A DNA stretch of 30,802 nucleotides from a virus. Lineage: Duplodnaviria > Caudoviricetes. This document shows, piece by piece, positions 1 to 7,014 of this stretch. The notes beneath the pieces are model-generated. The model made no database searches, had not been told where the DNA came from, and saw only the letters and a program-made list of their open reading frames with translations. The translations under genes were made by a program, and so were the position numbers. Within the stretch, counting starts at the first letter, position 1; each line of letters opens with the position of its first letter. The DNA lies in the IMG/VR virus record IMGVR_UViG_3300002098_000114, positions 1 through 30,802 of that record. One strand, given 5' to 3'.

Positions 1-72
1 GTTTTGGATTCGTTGCGCTCGGTCTACGTCGCACTTGACAATGGTGCAGATGTCTTGCGTGTAGATGTTCAT
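1..72 (-). CDS. Hypothetical protein, 5' part only (runs off window start)
   Basis: ATG at 72-70 overlaps the stop of the 69..284 ORF (ATGA); open frame MNIYTQDICTIVKCDVDRAQRIQN to position 1. Confidence 0.6.
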   Translation of the reverse strand, partial: MNIYTQDICTIVKCDVDRAQRIQN

Positions 73-284
73 GCTGACACCGCCTCTCTGATGTAAGCGC
101 CGAGGATTTCATTGACGGAGTATTTGACGAGGAACTGTGAGTAGTGCATTTCGCAGAGGGTTATTGGCATTGGCGCTTGACACGCTTCAAGTACGTTTCC
201 GAACTCATAGTCGGTTCCTTTGCCAATGAATCCCATGTGGTTTCCTTGCTCGGCATCTCTTTCACACATTCTGCAGTTATTCAT
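69..284 (-). CDS. Small hypothetical protein, possible Zn-binding (CxxC ... CxxH)
   Basis: 71-aa ORF with AAGGAG SD upstream; first gene after a consensus promoter; coupled to the next gene. Confidence 0.75.
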   Translation of the reverse strand: MNNCRMCERDAEQGNHMGFIGKGTDYEFGNVLEACQAPMPITLCEMHYSQFLVKYSVNEILGAYIREAVSA

Positions 285-335
285 ATCGACGTCTCCTTGT
301 CGATCACTTACTGAGGCGATTTACCTCATGACGTC

Positions 336-366
336 ATTATAGTCTCGATGTCTAGTCCCTTGTCAA
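336..366 (-). promoter_or_regulatory. Sigma70/SigA-type promoter, TTGACA-N19-TATAAT
   Basis: Minus-strand TTGACA at 366-361 and TATAAT at 341-336; spacer is 19 nt rather than 17; palindrome ATGACGTCAT (328-337) overlaps the -10/start region. Confidence 0.7.
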
Positions 367-375
367 GTACCTATC

Positions 376-400
376 AGAACCCTTGCTATTACTAGGGTTT
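376..400. promoter_or_regulatory. Imperfect palindrome (AACCCT-N10-AGGGTT), putative regulator-binding site, copy 1
   Basis: agaacccttgctattactagggttt; 17/25 identical to 4463-4487 and at the same distance from its promoter. Confidence 0.5.
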
Positions 401-403
401 CGG

Positions 404-913
404 CTACCAACCGCCGGAGCAACCGTTCTGGTCGGGAGGGTTCGACTGAATCCGTTTGGCAACGGTGATCTGCTGATCCATCGTGGCCAGCCCTGCGTTT
501 GGCGCGAACTCCGCGCCGCCGTATGCGAGCCACGTCGAGTTTGCGAATCCGACTCCACCGGAGAACGACGAGCCGGTCATCTGCCAGTTTCCGCCGGTCT
601 CGCAGACTGCAACTTTCGACCACGCCGCTCGGTCTGCATCGGTCACGCCGGCGTTCTGAATTATTGGAGCCGGAGCAACAACGGCTGGCGCGCTTGGCGT
701 GGTGGTCGGTGGTGACGGGACGCTTGCTATCGGCTCTGGGATCGGATCTGGTACCGCGTGTCCGAAGTGCCAAGTTGCCGACGAGGTGATCGTCGAGGTC
801 GGTTGGATTGCGTAGTGCTGATCTGCGGCAACCGATACCGGCCAGATTGCGAATGCGATGAATAAGATTGAACTGATTATGAATGTTGAGATGAGTGCGG
901 CTTTTGCGCGCAT
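404..913 (-). CDS. rpf: Secreted/membrane-anchored resuscitation-promoting factor (Rpf)-like lytic transglycosylase
   Basis: N-terminal hydrophobic signal/TM, Pro/Thr linker, C-terminal WSKVAVCETGGNW..SGGVGF..STWLAYGG..A..ATMDQQITVA matching the Rpf domain with its catalytic Glu; AAGGAG SD. Confidence 0.85.
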   Translation of the reverse strand: MRAKAALISTFIISSILFIAFAIWPVSVAADQHYAIQPTSTITSSATWHFGHAVPDPIPEPIASVPSPPTTTPSAPAVVAPAPIIQNAGVTDADRAAWSKVAVCETGGNWQMTGSSFSGGVGFANSTWLAYGGAEFAPNAGLATMDQQITVAKRIQSNPPDQNGCSGGW

Positions 914-1021
914 GGTTGACTCCTTTGTCTCTGTGGGGACACACCTTTGGCCGGTGTTGCTGAATGGGCCTCGCGGATTAGTAACTGCTCCAGCGTTCGG
1001 GACGCTTCGAGGTTGGCAGGC

Positions 1022-1050
1022 GTTTTATGTCCTTCGGATTAGTGAGTCAA
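1022..1050 (-). promoter_or_regulatory. Candidate promoter for the rpf-like gene, TTGACT-N17-TAAAAC
   Basis: -35 at 1050-1045, -10-like at 1027-1022 (lacks the conserved final T). Confidence 0.35.
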
Positions 1051-1082
1051 TCTGATTCTCCTTCGCTGGCAATAATGAAACG

Positions 1083-1856
1083 CTAATGCGCCTCGGCGAA
1101 CGTCACAACACCCTTACCTCCGCAGGTCTGGCAACGAAGGACAGTCCGATATTTCTCGTCCTCCTCCCAGCCGGTGCCTTCGCAGGAGTAACAGGCTTGC
1201 TCTGAGACGGCTCTAGGAGCCTCTGTAAGCGATTCTGTGGTGAGGAAGGTGGCATACTGCTTCGATATTGCGACAGGCGTGATTAGAGCCTCTGGCCATT
1301 TCTTTCGATATGCCTTGGCTACTTGGCGAATCGAGTCCGGCGTTGCCTCGACATCTCGAAGATCCTTCACCGCTCGGTTGATTGGGCCTCTGGCTGTTTT
1401 GGTAATCGCTTCGACGTTGATCTCACAAACTTCAATGAGAGTGTCAAAGATCTCGTCGCGATTGTTTGAGTTCTTTTCTGTTCTAATAAGTAGTGTACGT
1501 TTCGCGTCACGCGTCACGTCGAGTTCACCACGCGTCACGTTGGTTGATCGTGACTCACCACGCGTCACGTTCCTTTCGTTGCTCTTGACTTCCAGAAACA
1601 GGAATCGGTGACGAGCCTTGCGGCCTGGCGCTGGCTTCTGAATGACCTCCAGGAATCCGTCCTCGACGAGTTGTGCGTAGCCTCGAACGATGGCTGAGCG
1701 ATTGAACGGCCACTCGGCCATAAGCGCCTTCTCGCCGACCCAGAGTTCGTAGTCGTGTTGCTGATTGGCGATGTCTCCGAGAACGTAGTGGAGCCAGAAT
1801 GTCTGACCCTGGTACGGACTGAACTGCTTGACGTAAGTTCGACACTCGTCGCTCAT
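1083..1856 (-). CDS. Phage replication initiator-like protein (N-terminal winged HTH, C-terminal CxxCxGxG Zn motif pair)
   Basis: wHTH-like N-terminus (NRSAIVRGYAQLVEDGFLEV), central linker encoded by iterons (VTRGE repeats), CYSCEGTG/CQTCGGKG; lies downstream of ERF/SSB/WhiB. Confidence 0.7.
   Translation of the reverse strand: MSDECRTYVKQFSPYQGQTFWLHYVLGDIANQQHDYELWVGEKALMAEWPFNRSAIVRGYAQLVEDGFLEVIQKPAPGRKARHRFLFLEVKSNERNVTRGESRSTNVTRGELDVTRDAKRTLLIRTEKNSNNRDEIFDTLIEVCEINVEAITKTARGPINRAVKDLRDVEATPDSIRQVAKAYRKKWPEALITPVAISKQYATFLTTESLTEAPRAVSEQACYSCEGTGWEEDEKYRTVLRCQTCGGKGVVTFAEAH
1461..1571. repeat. Putative replication origin: iterons plus adjacent AT-rich tract inside the initiator gene
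   Basis: CGCGTCACG at 1503, 1510, 1531 and 1561; TCACCACGCGTCACGTT at 1525 and 1555; AT-rich stretch at 1461-1502. Confidence 0.7.
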
Positions 1857-2080
1857 GCGATCTCACCGTCCCAGAACTTCATTAGTGCTTTCTTGGCACA
1901 GGCAATTGAACAGATCTTGACCGAGCCACGATGAATCGGGGCCGTTGAGACGTCGGTGTGCTTCTTGACTTCGAGCATCTGCCAAGTGCGAGGGAACGAT
2001 TCGCTGATTGCGATTTGACCGCAACCGTCACACTCCCTCACGCCCTTCGCGAGCCTTCGTTCTTGCTGGGTTGATCTCAA
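1853..2080 (-). CDS. Small Zn-finger-like protein (CxxC ... CxxxC); real start may be GTG at 2041
   Basis: ECDGCG...ICSIAC; stop overlaps the initiator ATG (ATGA). Confidence 0.65.
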   Translation of the reverse strand: MRSTQQERRLAKGVRECDGCGQIAISESFPRTWQMLEVKKHTDVSTAPIHRGSVKICSIACAKKALMKFWDGEIA

Positions 2081-2366
2081 CTCTGTCTCCTTCGATTAGT
2101 GCCATGTGTGCCGTTCGGATTGAACGCTTGGCGATTCCCTGCTCCCTTCGCACTCTACGTCTCTCAGAGACGGTCATGCCACCCCAGAATCCGAACGATT
2201 CCCAGGTGAGCGCGTGGGCGCGACATTCATTCAAGACCGGACACTCGTTGAGACAAACATCTCTGAGCGCGGCGATCTCCTCTTGATAATCATCGGCTTT
2301 CAGATAGAACAATGACGTGTCCTCACCTCGACAAGCGGCATCGTCTTGCCAGCCGGTTTCAAGCAC
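2028..2366 (-). CDS. whiB: WhiB-family Fe-S transcription factor
   Basis: WQDDAAC..LFY..CLNECPVLNEC..GFWGGMTVSERR: four Cys and the G-x-W-G-G turn. Confidence 0.93.
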   Translation of the reverse strand: MLETGWQDDAACRGEDTSLFYLKADDYQEEIAALRDVCLNECPVLNECRAHALTWESFGFWGGMTVSERRRVRREQGIAKRSIRTAHMALIEGDRVEINPARTKAREGREGV

Positions 2367-2372
2367 GCCGGA

Positions 2373-2627
2373 TTATTTTTTCTTCGCTCGACGCTTGGCT
2401 CGATTGTCTCCGTAGGCGATGGCCGCCTTTTGCTCGTCGAGGAGTTCGATGTAGAGAATCCCCATGATCTCAGCGTCCGTGAGCGGCTTGCGCTTCGTCG
2501 GCTGTCGCCCGATCATGATGTCCCAGAACTCGTCAGGCAGATCGGCGGTCTCGACGAGTGAGAGATAGAACCCTCTCACTTCGTCAATGACTCCTCCAAC
2601 CGCTCCCTCTGTTTTTGTTGTGGTCAC
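2373..2627 (-). CDS. Hypothetical protein (84 aa)
   Basis: GTG at 2627 with GAGGAG SD, overlapping the upstream stop (GTGA); the track's longer start overlaps another gene. Confidence 0.65.
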   Translation of the reverse strand: MTTTKTEGAVGGVIDEVRGFYLSLVETADLPDEFWDIMIGRQPTKRKPLTDAEIMGILYIELLDEQKAAIAYGDNRAKRRAKKK

Positions 2628-2923
2628 CAGGGACTCCTCTTTGCGTAGACGTAGCGACCAATCATGACAGATCCGAGCGACACCACAAGCGATGCGAGTG
2701 GCCATAGAACATTCAAGAACGAACGCTCCGAAGTTGTTGCCAGCCCGACGCCCATGATGACCAGCGCGAGCGCAAGCCCGACGAACCGCCACCGGTCTCG
2801 GTAGTGGATTGCCTGCGCCTCCTTGTCCATGAATCTCAATCGGTCAAACATCTTTACCTCGCTTCGCTGAATGATGCGTTCAGCCTCGGTCACAACCGAT
2901 CCTTCTGAGGGGTGCCAACTCAT
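2624..2923 (-). CDS. Two-TM membrane protein
   Basis: Hydrophobic segments FVGLALALVIMGVGLA and VLWPLASLVVSLGSVMIG; TAATG coupling to ssb. Confidence 0.7.
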   Translation of the reverse strand: MSWHPSEGSVVTEAERIIQRSEVKMFDRLRFMDKEAQAIHYRDRWRFVGLALALVIMGVGLATTSERSFLNVLWPLASLVVSLGSVMIGRYVYAKRSPW

Positions 2924-3309
2924 TAGAACGGCTCCTCGGAGAACGTCTTTGCCTTTGGCGCTTCGGCGAGTCCGGTGTAACTCTTGAACCGAAGTGACGC
3001 TCCAAGCATGTCGGCGATAAAGCCAATGCTGACGCCGGTGGTGCCGTCCTTCTTCTCGAAGGTTCGAGGCGGTTCGATCTCGCCGTGAGCAATCACCAGG
3101 TCACCCTTGCTGAGGGTCTCTGCTCCATGCTCTGCGAGTTCGCCGAACGCCGTGACGTCGAGCCAGATGGTTTCATTCTCCCAGCCACCGTTTGACTTCT
3201 TTGACTTCTCAGTTGCGACGCTGAGTTTGAGATAGGCCATTCCGGTTTGACTGAATGCCAGTTTGGGTTCTTGCCCGATTCTCCCTGTGATGGTCATTGA
3301 CGTTTTCAT
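2923..3309 (-). CDS. ssb: Single-stranded DNA-binding protein
   Basis: TITGRIGQEP..LSVATE..WLDVTAFGELAE..LSKGDLVIAHG OB-fold pattern; acidic C-terminal tip EEPF. Confidence 0.93.
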   Translation of the reverse strand: MKTSMTITGRIGQEPKLAFSQTGMAYLKLSVATEKSKKSNGGWENETIWLDVTAFGELAEHGAETLSKGDLVIAHGEIEPPRTFEKKDGTTGVSIGFIADMLGASLRFKSYTGLAEAPKAKTFSEEPF

Positions 3310-3941
3310 GCTGTCTCCTTTTGGTTGTTGTTGAACTCTTGTAGGTAGGCTTCGATCTCCGGCAGGTCGCCCTTGACGAGATCCGATGTTGAGGTGATCT
3401 GTCGCCCAAGCGCGTCTTGAATGAGGCTCTTGAACTTGTCTGCGTCAACGTCGGATTGTTTCCTGAGCGCTGTGAGTCGAGTCTTGTCTGACGTCGATAA
3501 CGCACCAGGCTTTGTGATGACCTCGACAACTTCGCCGTCGGGGTCGGGATCTCCAGTTGGAATCAGGAACGCTTGGAACAGTCCGTACTTGAGAGCCATG
3601 CTGAGGCTCTTTGACGTTGCCTTGTCGCCGTGATCCTTTCCCTCTCCGGCCATTGTCATCTCCACCATTGAACCGTCCTCCGCGAAGAACTGGTAGGCGA
3701 CGAGGACGTGACAGGTGGTAACCGTCGATCCCTTTGCCGATGTCTCCGTGTCGTAGGTTGCGCTCAGCACGTTCGGAATCATGACGACTCCGTGTTTTGT
3801 CATCGCTGAGTTCACGCTCTGCACCGTGTCATCAACCGTTCTGAAGTTGAATCCTTGGCTGGCGTTTCGACCTGCCTTCGGAACCGACTTCGTATCGGCC
3901 ATAACCTGCGCCATCTTCTTGAATATGAGTTGCTCTGTCAT
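3306..3941 (-). CDS. erf: ERF-family single-strand annealing protein (recombinase)
   Basis: KSVPKAGRN..GFNFRTVDD..GEGKDHGDKATSKSLSMALKYGLFQAFLIPTGDPDPD; ATG at 3941 coupled by ATGA; adjacent to ssb. Confidence 0.85.
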   Translation of the reverse strand: MTEQLIFKKMAQVMADTKSVPKAGRNASQGFNFRTVDDTVQSVNSAMTKHGVVMIPNVLSATYDTETSAKGSTVTTCHVLVAYQFFAEDGSMVEMTMAGEGKDHGDKATSKSLSMALKYGLFQAFLIPTGDPDPDGEVVEVITKPGALSTSDKTRLTALRKQSDVDADKFKSLIQDALGRQITSTSDLVKGDLPEIEAYLQEFNNNQKETA

Positions 3942-4138
3942 TTTCTCCCTTTCGGTTTGATCTCCATTTTTTTGAGCCAACGGTGAACAGTTCTCTGCTC
4001 CACGCTGAAGCCAGCCTCCGTCAACCGCTTGGCGATTGTCGGTGAGCCGACACCTTCTTTCGTGTGCCACTCGACCAGCAACTTCTTCAAGCCGCCGTCG
4101 AGGTTGGCATCTATGTGGTCAAACAATGTGACCGGCAT
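3938..4138 (-). CDS. Small helix-turn-helix DNA-binding protein
   Basis: GSPTIAKRLTEAGFSVEQRTVHRWL HTH pattern; AAAGGAG SD. Confidence 0.75.
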   Translation of the reverse strand: MPVTLFDHIDANLDGGLKKLLVEWHTKEGVGSPTIAKRLTEAGFSVEQRTVHRWLKKMEIKPKGRK

Positions 4139-4189
4139 TCGTCTCCTTTCGTTGGTTGTCTCTTGTGAGATATTAGTTGGACTTGTTGA

Positions 4190-4387
4190 CTATTGCGAAT
4201 CGTTCATGCGATTCCTGATGGTGTTCATGTTCAACATTCCGTCGGCAATAAGTTCAGCGATTACCTTTGATCTGGACAAGTTGAGTTCCGTAGCCAAGGC
4301 GTCGATTTCTTGGAGTACGTCGAGGTCGAGGCGTGTCGTTGCGTTCACTACGTAGGGTTTGACTTCTTTTCTACTTATTTTGTTCAT
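4190..4387 (-). CDS. Ribbon-helix-helix (CopG/Arc-like) regulator
   Basis: ATG at 4387 with AAAGGAG SD; NATTRLDLDVLQEIDALATELNLSRSKVIAELI is an RHH pattern; first gene of the early operon. Confidence 0.78.
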   Translation of the reverse strand: MNKISRKEVKPYVVNATTRLDLDVLQEIDALATELNLSRSKVIAELIADGMLNMNTIRNRMNDSQ

Positions 4388-4423
4388 GTTGGCTCCTTTG
4401 TTAGTGGTTGTCTCCATGTCCAT

Positions 4424-4451
4424 ACAATATCACACCTGGTCACGGTGTCTA
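4424..4451 (-). promoter_or_regulatory. Early-operon promoter TAGACA-N16-TATTGT with extended -10 TG
   Basis: Minus-strand TAGACA at 4451-4446, TGaTATTGT ending at 4424, upstream of the RHH gene. Confidence 0.55.
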
Positions 4452-4462
4452 GCCATACCCTC

Positions 4463-4487
4463 AAAGGCCTTGCCCTTATTGGCGTTT
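4463..4487. promoter_or_regulatory. Imperfect palindrome, putative regulator-binding site, copy 2
   Basis: aaaggccttgcccttattggcgttt; 17/25 identity with 376-400. Confidence 0.5.
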
Positions 4488-4541
4488 GCGAAGGCACAAA
4501 TCCTTGACCTAACGCCTAACGAAGAAACTGACTAGGTTCAG

Positions 4542-4715
4542 ATGCCCATGCGAAACGCCGAACTAATCCTGAAACTCCCATGCGGTTGCCGACACAATCT
4601 CTACGCCGGAGATGTCATCGGGATTCCGTTTCAACGTCTGCCGCTTGCGGTAGCCGAGGTGATTGAACGACTTGAGAAGCGAGGTTGCCAGTGTCCAGCG
4701 ATCCAACACAGTTGA
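4542..4715 (+). CDS. Small Cys-containing protein (57 aa; CxC ... CxC), absent from the ORF track
   Basis: MPMRNAELILKLPCGCRHNLYAGDVIGIPFQRLPLAVAEVIERLEKRGCQCPAIQHS; fills the gap and overlaps the start of the next plus-strand gene. Confidence 0.55.
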   Translation: MPMRNAELILKLPCGCRHNLYAGDVIGIPFQRLPLAVAEVIERLEKRGCQCPAIQHS

Positions 4716-5206
4716 ACGTCGGCGACGTGATCTTTGCGCACGCGCGTAGAGACTTCATTGGTCGAGCGATTCAGTTTGGTGAATGGCTCCGATGGCGTGG
4801 CGGTCACAAGTGGAATCACGCGGCGATCATCGTCGGCGTCGAGCCTGGTCGAGTTCGCATCGTTCAAGCCGAGAGTCGAGGAGTGACGAGCAAGTGGTTC
4901 TCTAGTCCAAGTGACATCGCTCCGAATGGCGAGGTCGTTGTCGTGAAGCCACCGTCAAGTTTGACGTCGGTGTTGCGAGCGGTTGACTTTGCCGACGCGC
5001 AGGTCTCGGACTCTTACGGCTTTGTCACGATCTTCTCGATTGCCGTGAGCATCGTCGTTCCCTGGTTCCTTACGATCAGAAAACCTGGAACGTGGATCTG
5101 TTCGGCGCTGGTCGGAGAGTCGCTTCGAGCCGGAGGTTGGATTCACGATTGGAGAGATGTCTACATGGTGTCACCGGCAGAACTTTACGAGGCGCTCGCT
5201 GAGTAG
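4685..5206 (+). CDS. Permuted papain-like amidase (YiiX/YaeF-type NlpC/P60 superfamily); start probably GTG at 4691
   Basis: GDVIF..WNHAAI..VQAE..Y..ICSALV: catalytic His precedes Cys (permuted order); hydrophobic segment before the Cys; GAGG at 4681. Confidence 0.82.
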   Translation: MPVSSDPTQLNVGDVIFAHARRDFIGRAIQFGEWLRWRGGHKWNHAAIIVGVEPGRVRIVQAESRGVTSKWFSSPSDIAPNGEVVVVKPPSSLTSVLRAVDFADAQVSDSYGFVTIFSIAVSIVVPWFLTIRKPGTWICSALVGESLRAGGWIHDWRDVYMVSPAELYEALAE

Positions 5207-5237
5207 TTTTCTGCTCGATTGAGTAGTTTGCTACTCA
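5200..5237. terminator. Tandem hairpins between convergent genes (possible bidirectional terminator)
   Basis: GAGTAG-tttt-CTGCTC and TGAGTAG-tttg-CTACTCA at a 20-nt period; each contains one of the convergent stop codons. Confidence 0.45.
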
Positions 5238-6404
5238 AAGAATCGCGAGGTCACTCCAGCCGCGTTCGCCGCAAGCCGAGCCTGCGACAAAGGTGAGCAT
5301 GCCTGACGGCGCTGAGGAGCCGGTCTGCGCTGTCCACCAGCGAGAACCGCCGTCCATCGCCGGTGCTTGAATCCACGTTCGACCAGATCCCTCGCTGAGG
5401 CTGAGGTGATGGAAGTGTCCGGTCACCAGGATATCTGCCGAACCAACTGGCTGTTTTCCGTGAGCCTGCTTCTGCCACCACAGAGGAGCGCCACCCTTGA
5501 TCTGATGCCCGTGAGCGAAGCCGACGGCAACGCCTGCGACGTCGAGAGTCATCGTGTGATCCTCGGCTATGGCCCCACTCGGAACCGAGACGTTGCTGTA
5601 ACGCTCGGCGTTGTGGTCAAGGATCTCGGCTACTTGCTCGAACACGGCGAGATCGTCGTTGTCTGTAAAGACGTTTGTGAAGGCTTTGCCGTTGCGTCGG
5701 TTCTCTCCGTGATTCCCTGGCACCGCTCCAAGCACCACGCGCCAGTTCATTTTGACGAATCTCTCCACCAGGTCAAGGATCATTCGACGGGCAAGGCGGC
5801 ATTGTTCTCGCCTGTCGAGATCCACCGAGAAGGTCTGAGCGGCGTAGTGGCCGTCGCAGTTCTCAATGAGGTCTCCGAGTCCGACGATGTAGACCGTGTT
5901 GATCCCGTGAGTTTTCTTCAAGGTTTTGGCGTGGCGCTCCAGCCGGTCAAAGGTGAGGAGCAGTCGCTCAAGAAACTCCGGCGTCCCACCGTTCACGTCT
6001 CTCTTGCCAACCTGCCAATCAGCGAGAGCGACTACCAATGCGCGCTCGCCGCCACTCACCTCGTCCAGTTGTGCGAGTGGTCGGCGGCGCTCAATGATCT
6101 TACACAGAGCCTCGATGTCTGCGCGAGATTCATCGTCGATGCTGGCTGGCTCAAGTCGCGCTCGGTAATACTTCATTCGTCCGCCGTAGGTGTCCCACGC
6201 TCGAATCTGAATCGAACCAGGAATGATTCTGACGGAGTTAGTCACTCCGAAGTCTTTGACAATCTCATTCCATAGTTCGTCGTTTGGTGCTTCCTCCATC
6301 GGCCCCGATGAGACTTCGCCGGTCTCACCGTTCCAGGTCACTCCAGGCTCCCAGCCTTTCGGGTGTTTCTGGGGTGGCCCGATGTTGCGATCCTTGAGGC
6401 TCAT
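5235..6404 (-). CDS. Calcineurin-like metallophosphoesterase (Mre11/SbcD-like nuclease or phosphoesterase)
   Basis: Motifs ADWQ, GDLIE, GNHGE, AHGHQ, TGHFHH; ATG at 6404 coupled by ATGA. Confidence 0.88.
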   Translation of the reverse strand: MSLKDRNIGPPQKHPKGWEPGVTWNGETGEVSSGPMEEAPNDELWNEIVKDFGVTNSVRIIPGSIQIRAWDTYGGRMKYYRARLEPASIDDESRADIEALCKIIERRRPLAQLDEVSGGERALVVALADWQVGKRDVNGGTPEFLERLLLTFDRLERHAKTLKKTHGINTVYIVGLGDLIENCDGHYAAQTFSVDLDRREQCRLARRMILDLVERFVKMNWRVVLGAVPGNHGENRRNGKAFTNVFTDNDDLAVFEQVAEILDHNAERYSNVSVPSGAIAEDHTMTLDVAGVAVGFAHGHQIKGGAPLWWQKQAHGKQPVGSADILVTGHFHHLSLSEGSGRTWIQAPAMDGGSRWWTAQTGSSAPSGMLTFVAGSACGERGWSDLAIL

Positions 6405-6652
6405 GACAGAACTCCAAACAGTTTCGACGTGGCCGAACACGAGCACGAACCCATAAAGTGTTTTCGCAAGGTTTCGTCGGCTATTTTGTTCTCGGGGTTG
6501 TCAGTCGAGATCGCCTTTGAGATGCTCATGATTGAGTAACCTCGACTGATCCACTCCTCAAGAGTTTCGATGTCCTCGGCGTTGAGCCGCTCGATTATGA
6601 GGGTCGTTTTGCACGAAGTTTTGGATTGCTCCATAGCGTCTCGAAGTGCCAT
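6401..6652 (-). CDS. Small HTH-like protein with C-terminal HxxxxCxC
   Basis: GYSIMSISKAI..IADETLRKHFMGSCSC; GGGAG SD; coupled to the phosphoesterase. Confidence 0.75.
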   Translation of the reverse strand: MALRDAMEQSKTSCKTTLIIERLNAEDIETLEEWISRGYSIMSISKAISTDNPENKIADETLRKHFMGSCSCSATSKLFGVLS

Positions 6653-6740
6653 TGGTTCTCCCTGTCTGCCTGTGGGTTGCCTGGTGAAACACTACTAGAC
6701 CCGAAGCCCAACTGCGCGTCAATCGTCGAGGAGGTGATGA

Positions 6741-6872
6741 TTACCATTCTTCGATCTCAATGTCGGGGTCGTCTTTCTGTCGGCAGTCGCAGTCCTCGCA
6801 CATGCCGTTACAGAATCCGCCGTCCTCTCGAACTCCTGGAATGAACGTGACGTCAGGAAGCGTGATGGTCAC
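6741..6872 (-). CDS. Possible 43-aa acidic Cys-rich micro-protein
   Basis: GTG start; MTITLPDVTFIPGVREDGGFCNGMCEDCDCRQKDDPDIEIEEW; fills an otherwise empty gap; weak SD. Confidence 0.4.
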   Translation of the reverse strand: MTITLPDVTFIPGVREDGGFCNGMCEDCDCRQKDDPDIEIEEW

Positions 6873-7014
6873 GGTAAGGGCCAAACTTTCTCGCTAATGT
6901 ATCTTTGTGTTTTTGGAACTGAAGTACCGCTCCGACGGTGACGGGAACAACAACGGCAGAGGTTCCCAATATGACAATAAGCATGGCCGCAATACTGGTC
7001 AGGTCGTTGGTCAT
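6853..7014 (-). CDS. 53-aa single-TM membrane protein (lysis-cassette candidate), absent from the ORF track
   Basis: MTNDLTSIAAMLIVILGTSAVVVPVTVGAVLQFQKHKDTLARKFGPYRDHHAS; ATGA overlap with the upstream gene. Confidence 0.65.
   Translation of the reverse strand: MTNDLTSIAAMLIVILGTSAVVVPVTVGAVLQFQKHKDTLARKFGPYRDHHAS

Noticed and set aside
363-944. 193-aa minus-strand ORF overlapping the rpf-like gene
   Set aside because: Arg-rich alternate-frame product without an SD; the Rpf frame has the motifs and the RBS
914-1020. c-di-AMP (ydaO) riboswitch upstream of the rpf-like gene
   Set aside because: The conserved ydaO sequence blocks are not recognisable; kept only as a generic structured leader
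2364-2385. A-run before whiB (AAG AAA AAA TAA) as a frameshift or fusion site
   Set aside because: whiB is in the same frame after a TAA, so a shift would not fuse them; reinitiation is simpler
5367-6275. 302-aa plus-strand ORF
   Set aside because: Antisense shadow of the metallophosphoesterase; no motifs or SD; expected from codon bias in GC-rich genes
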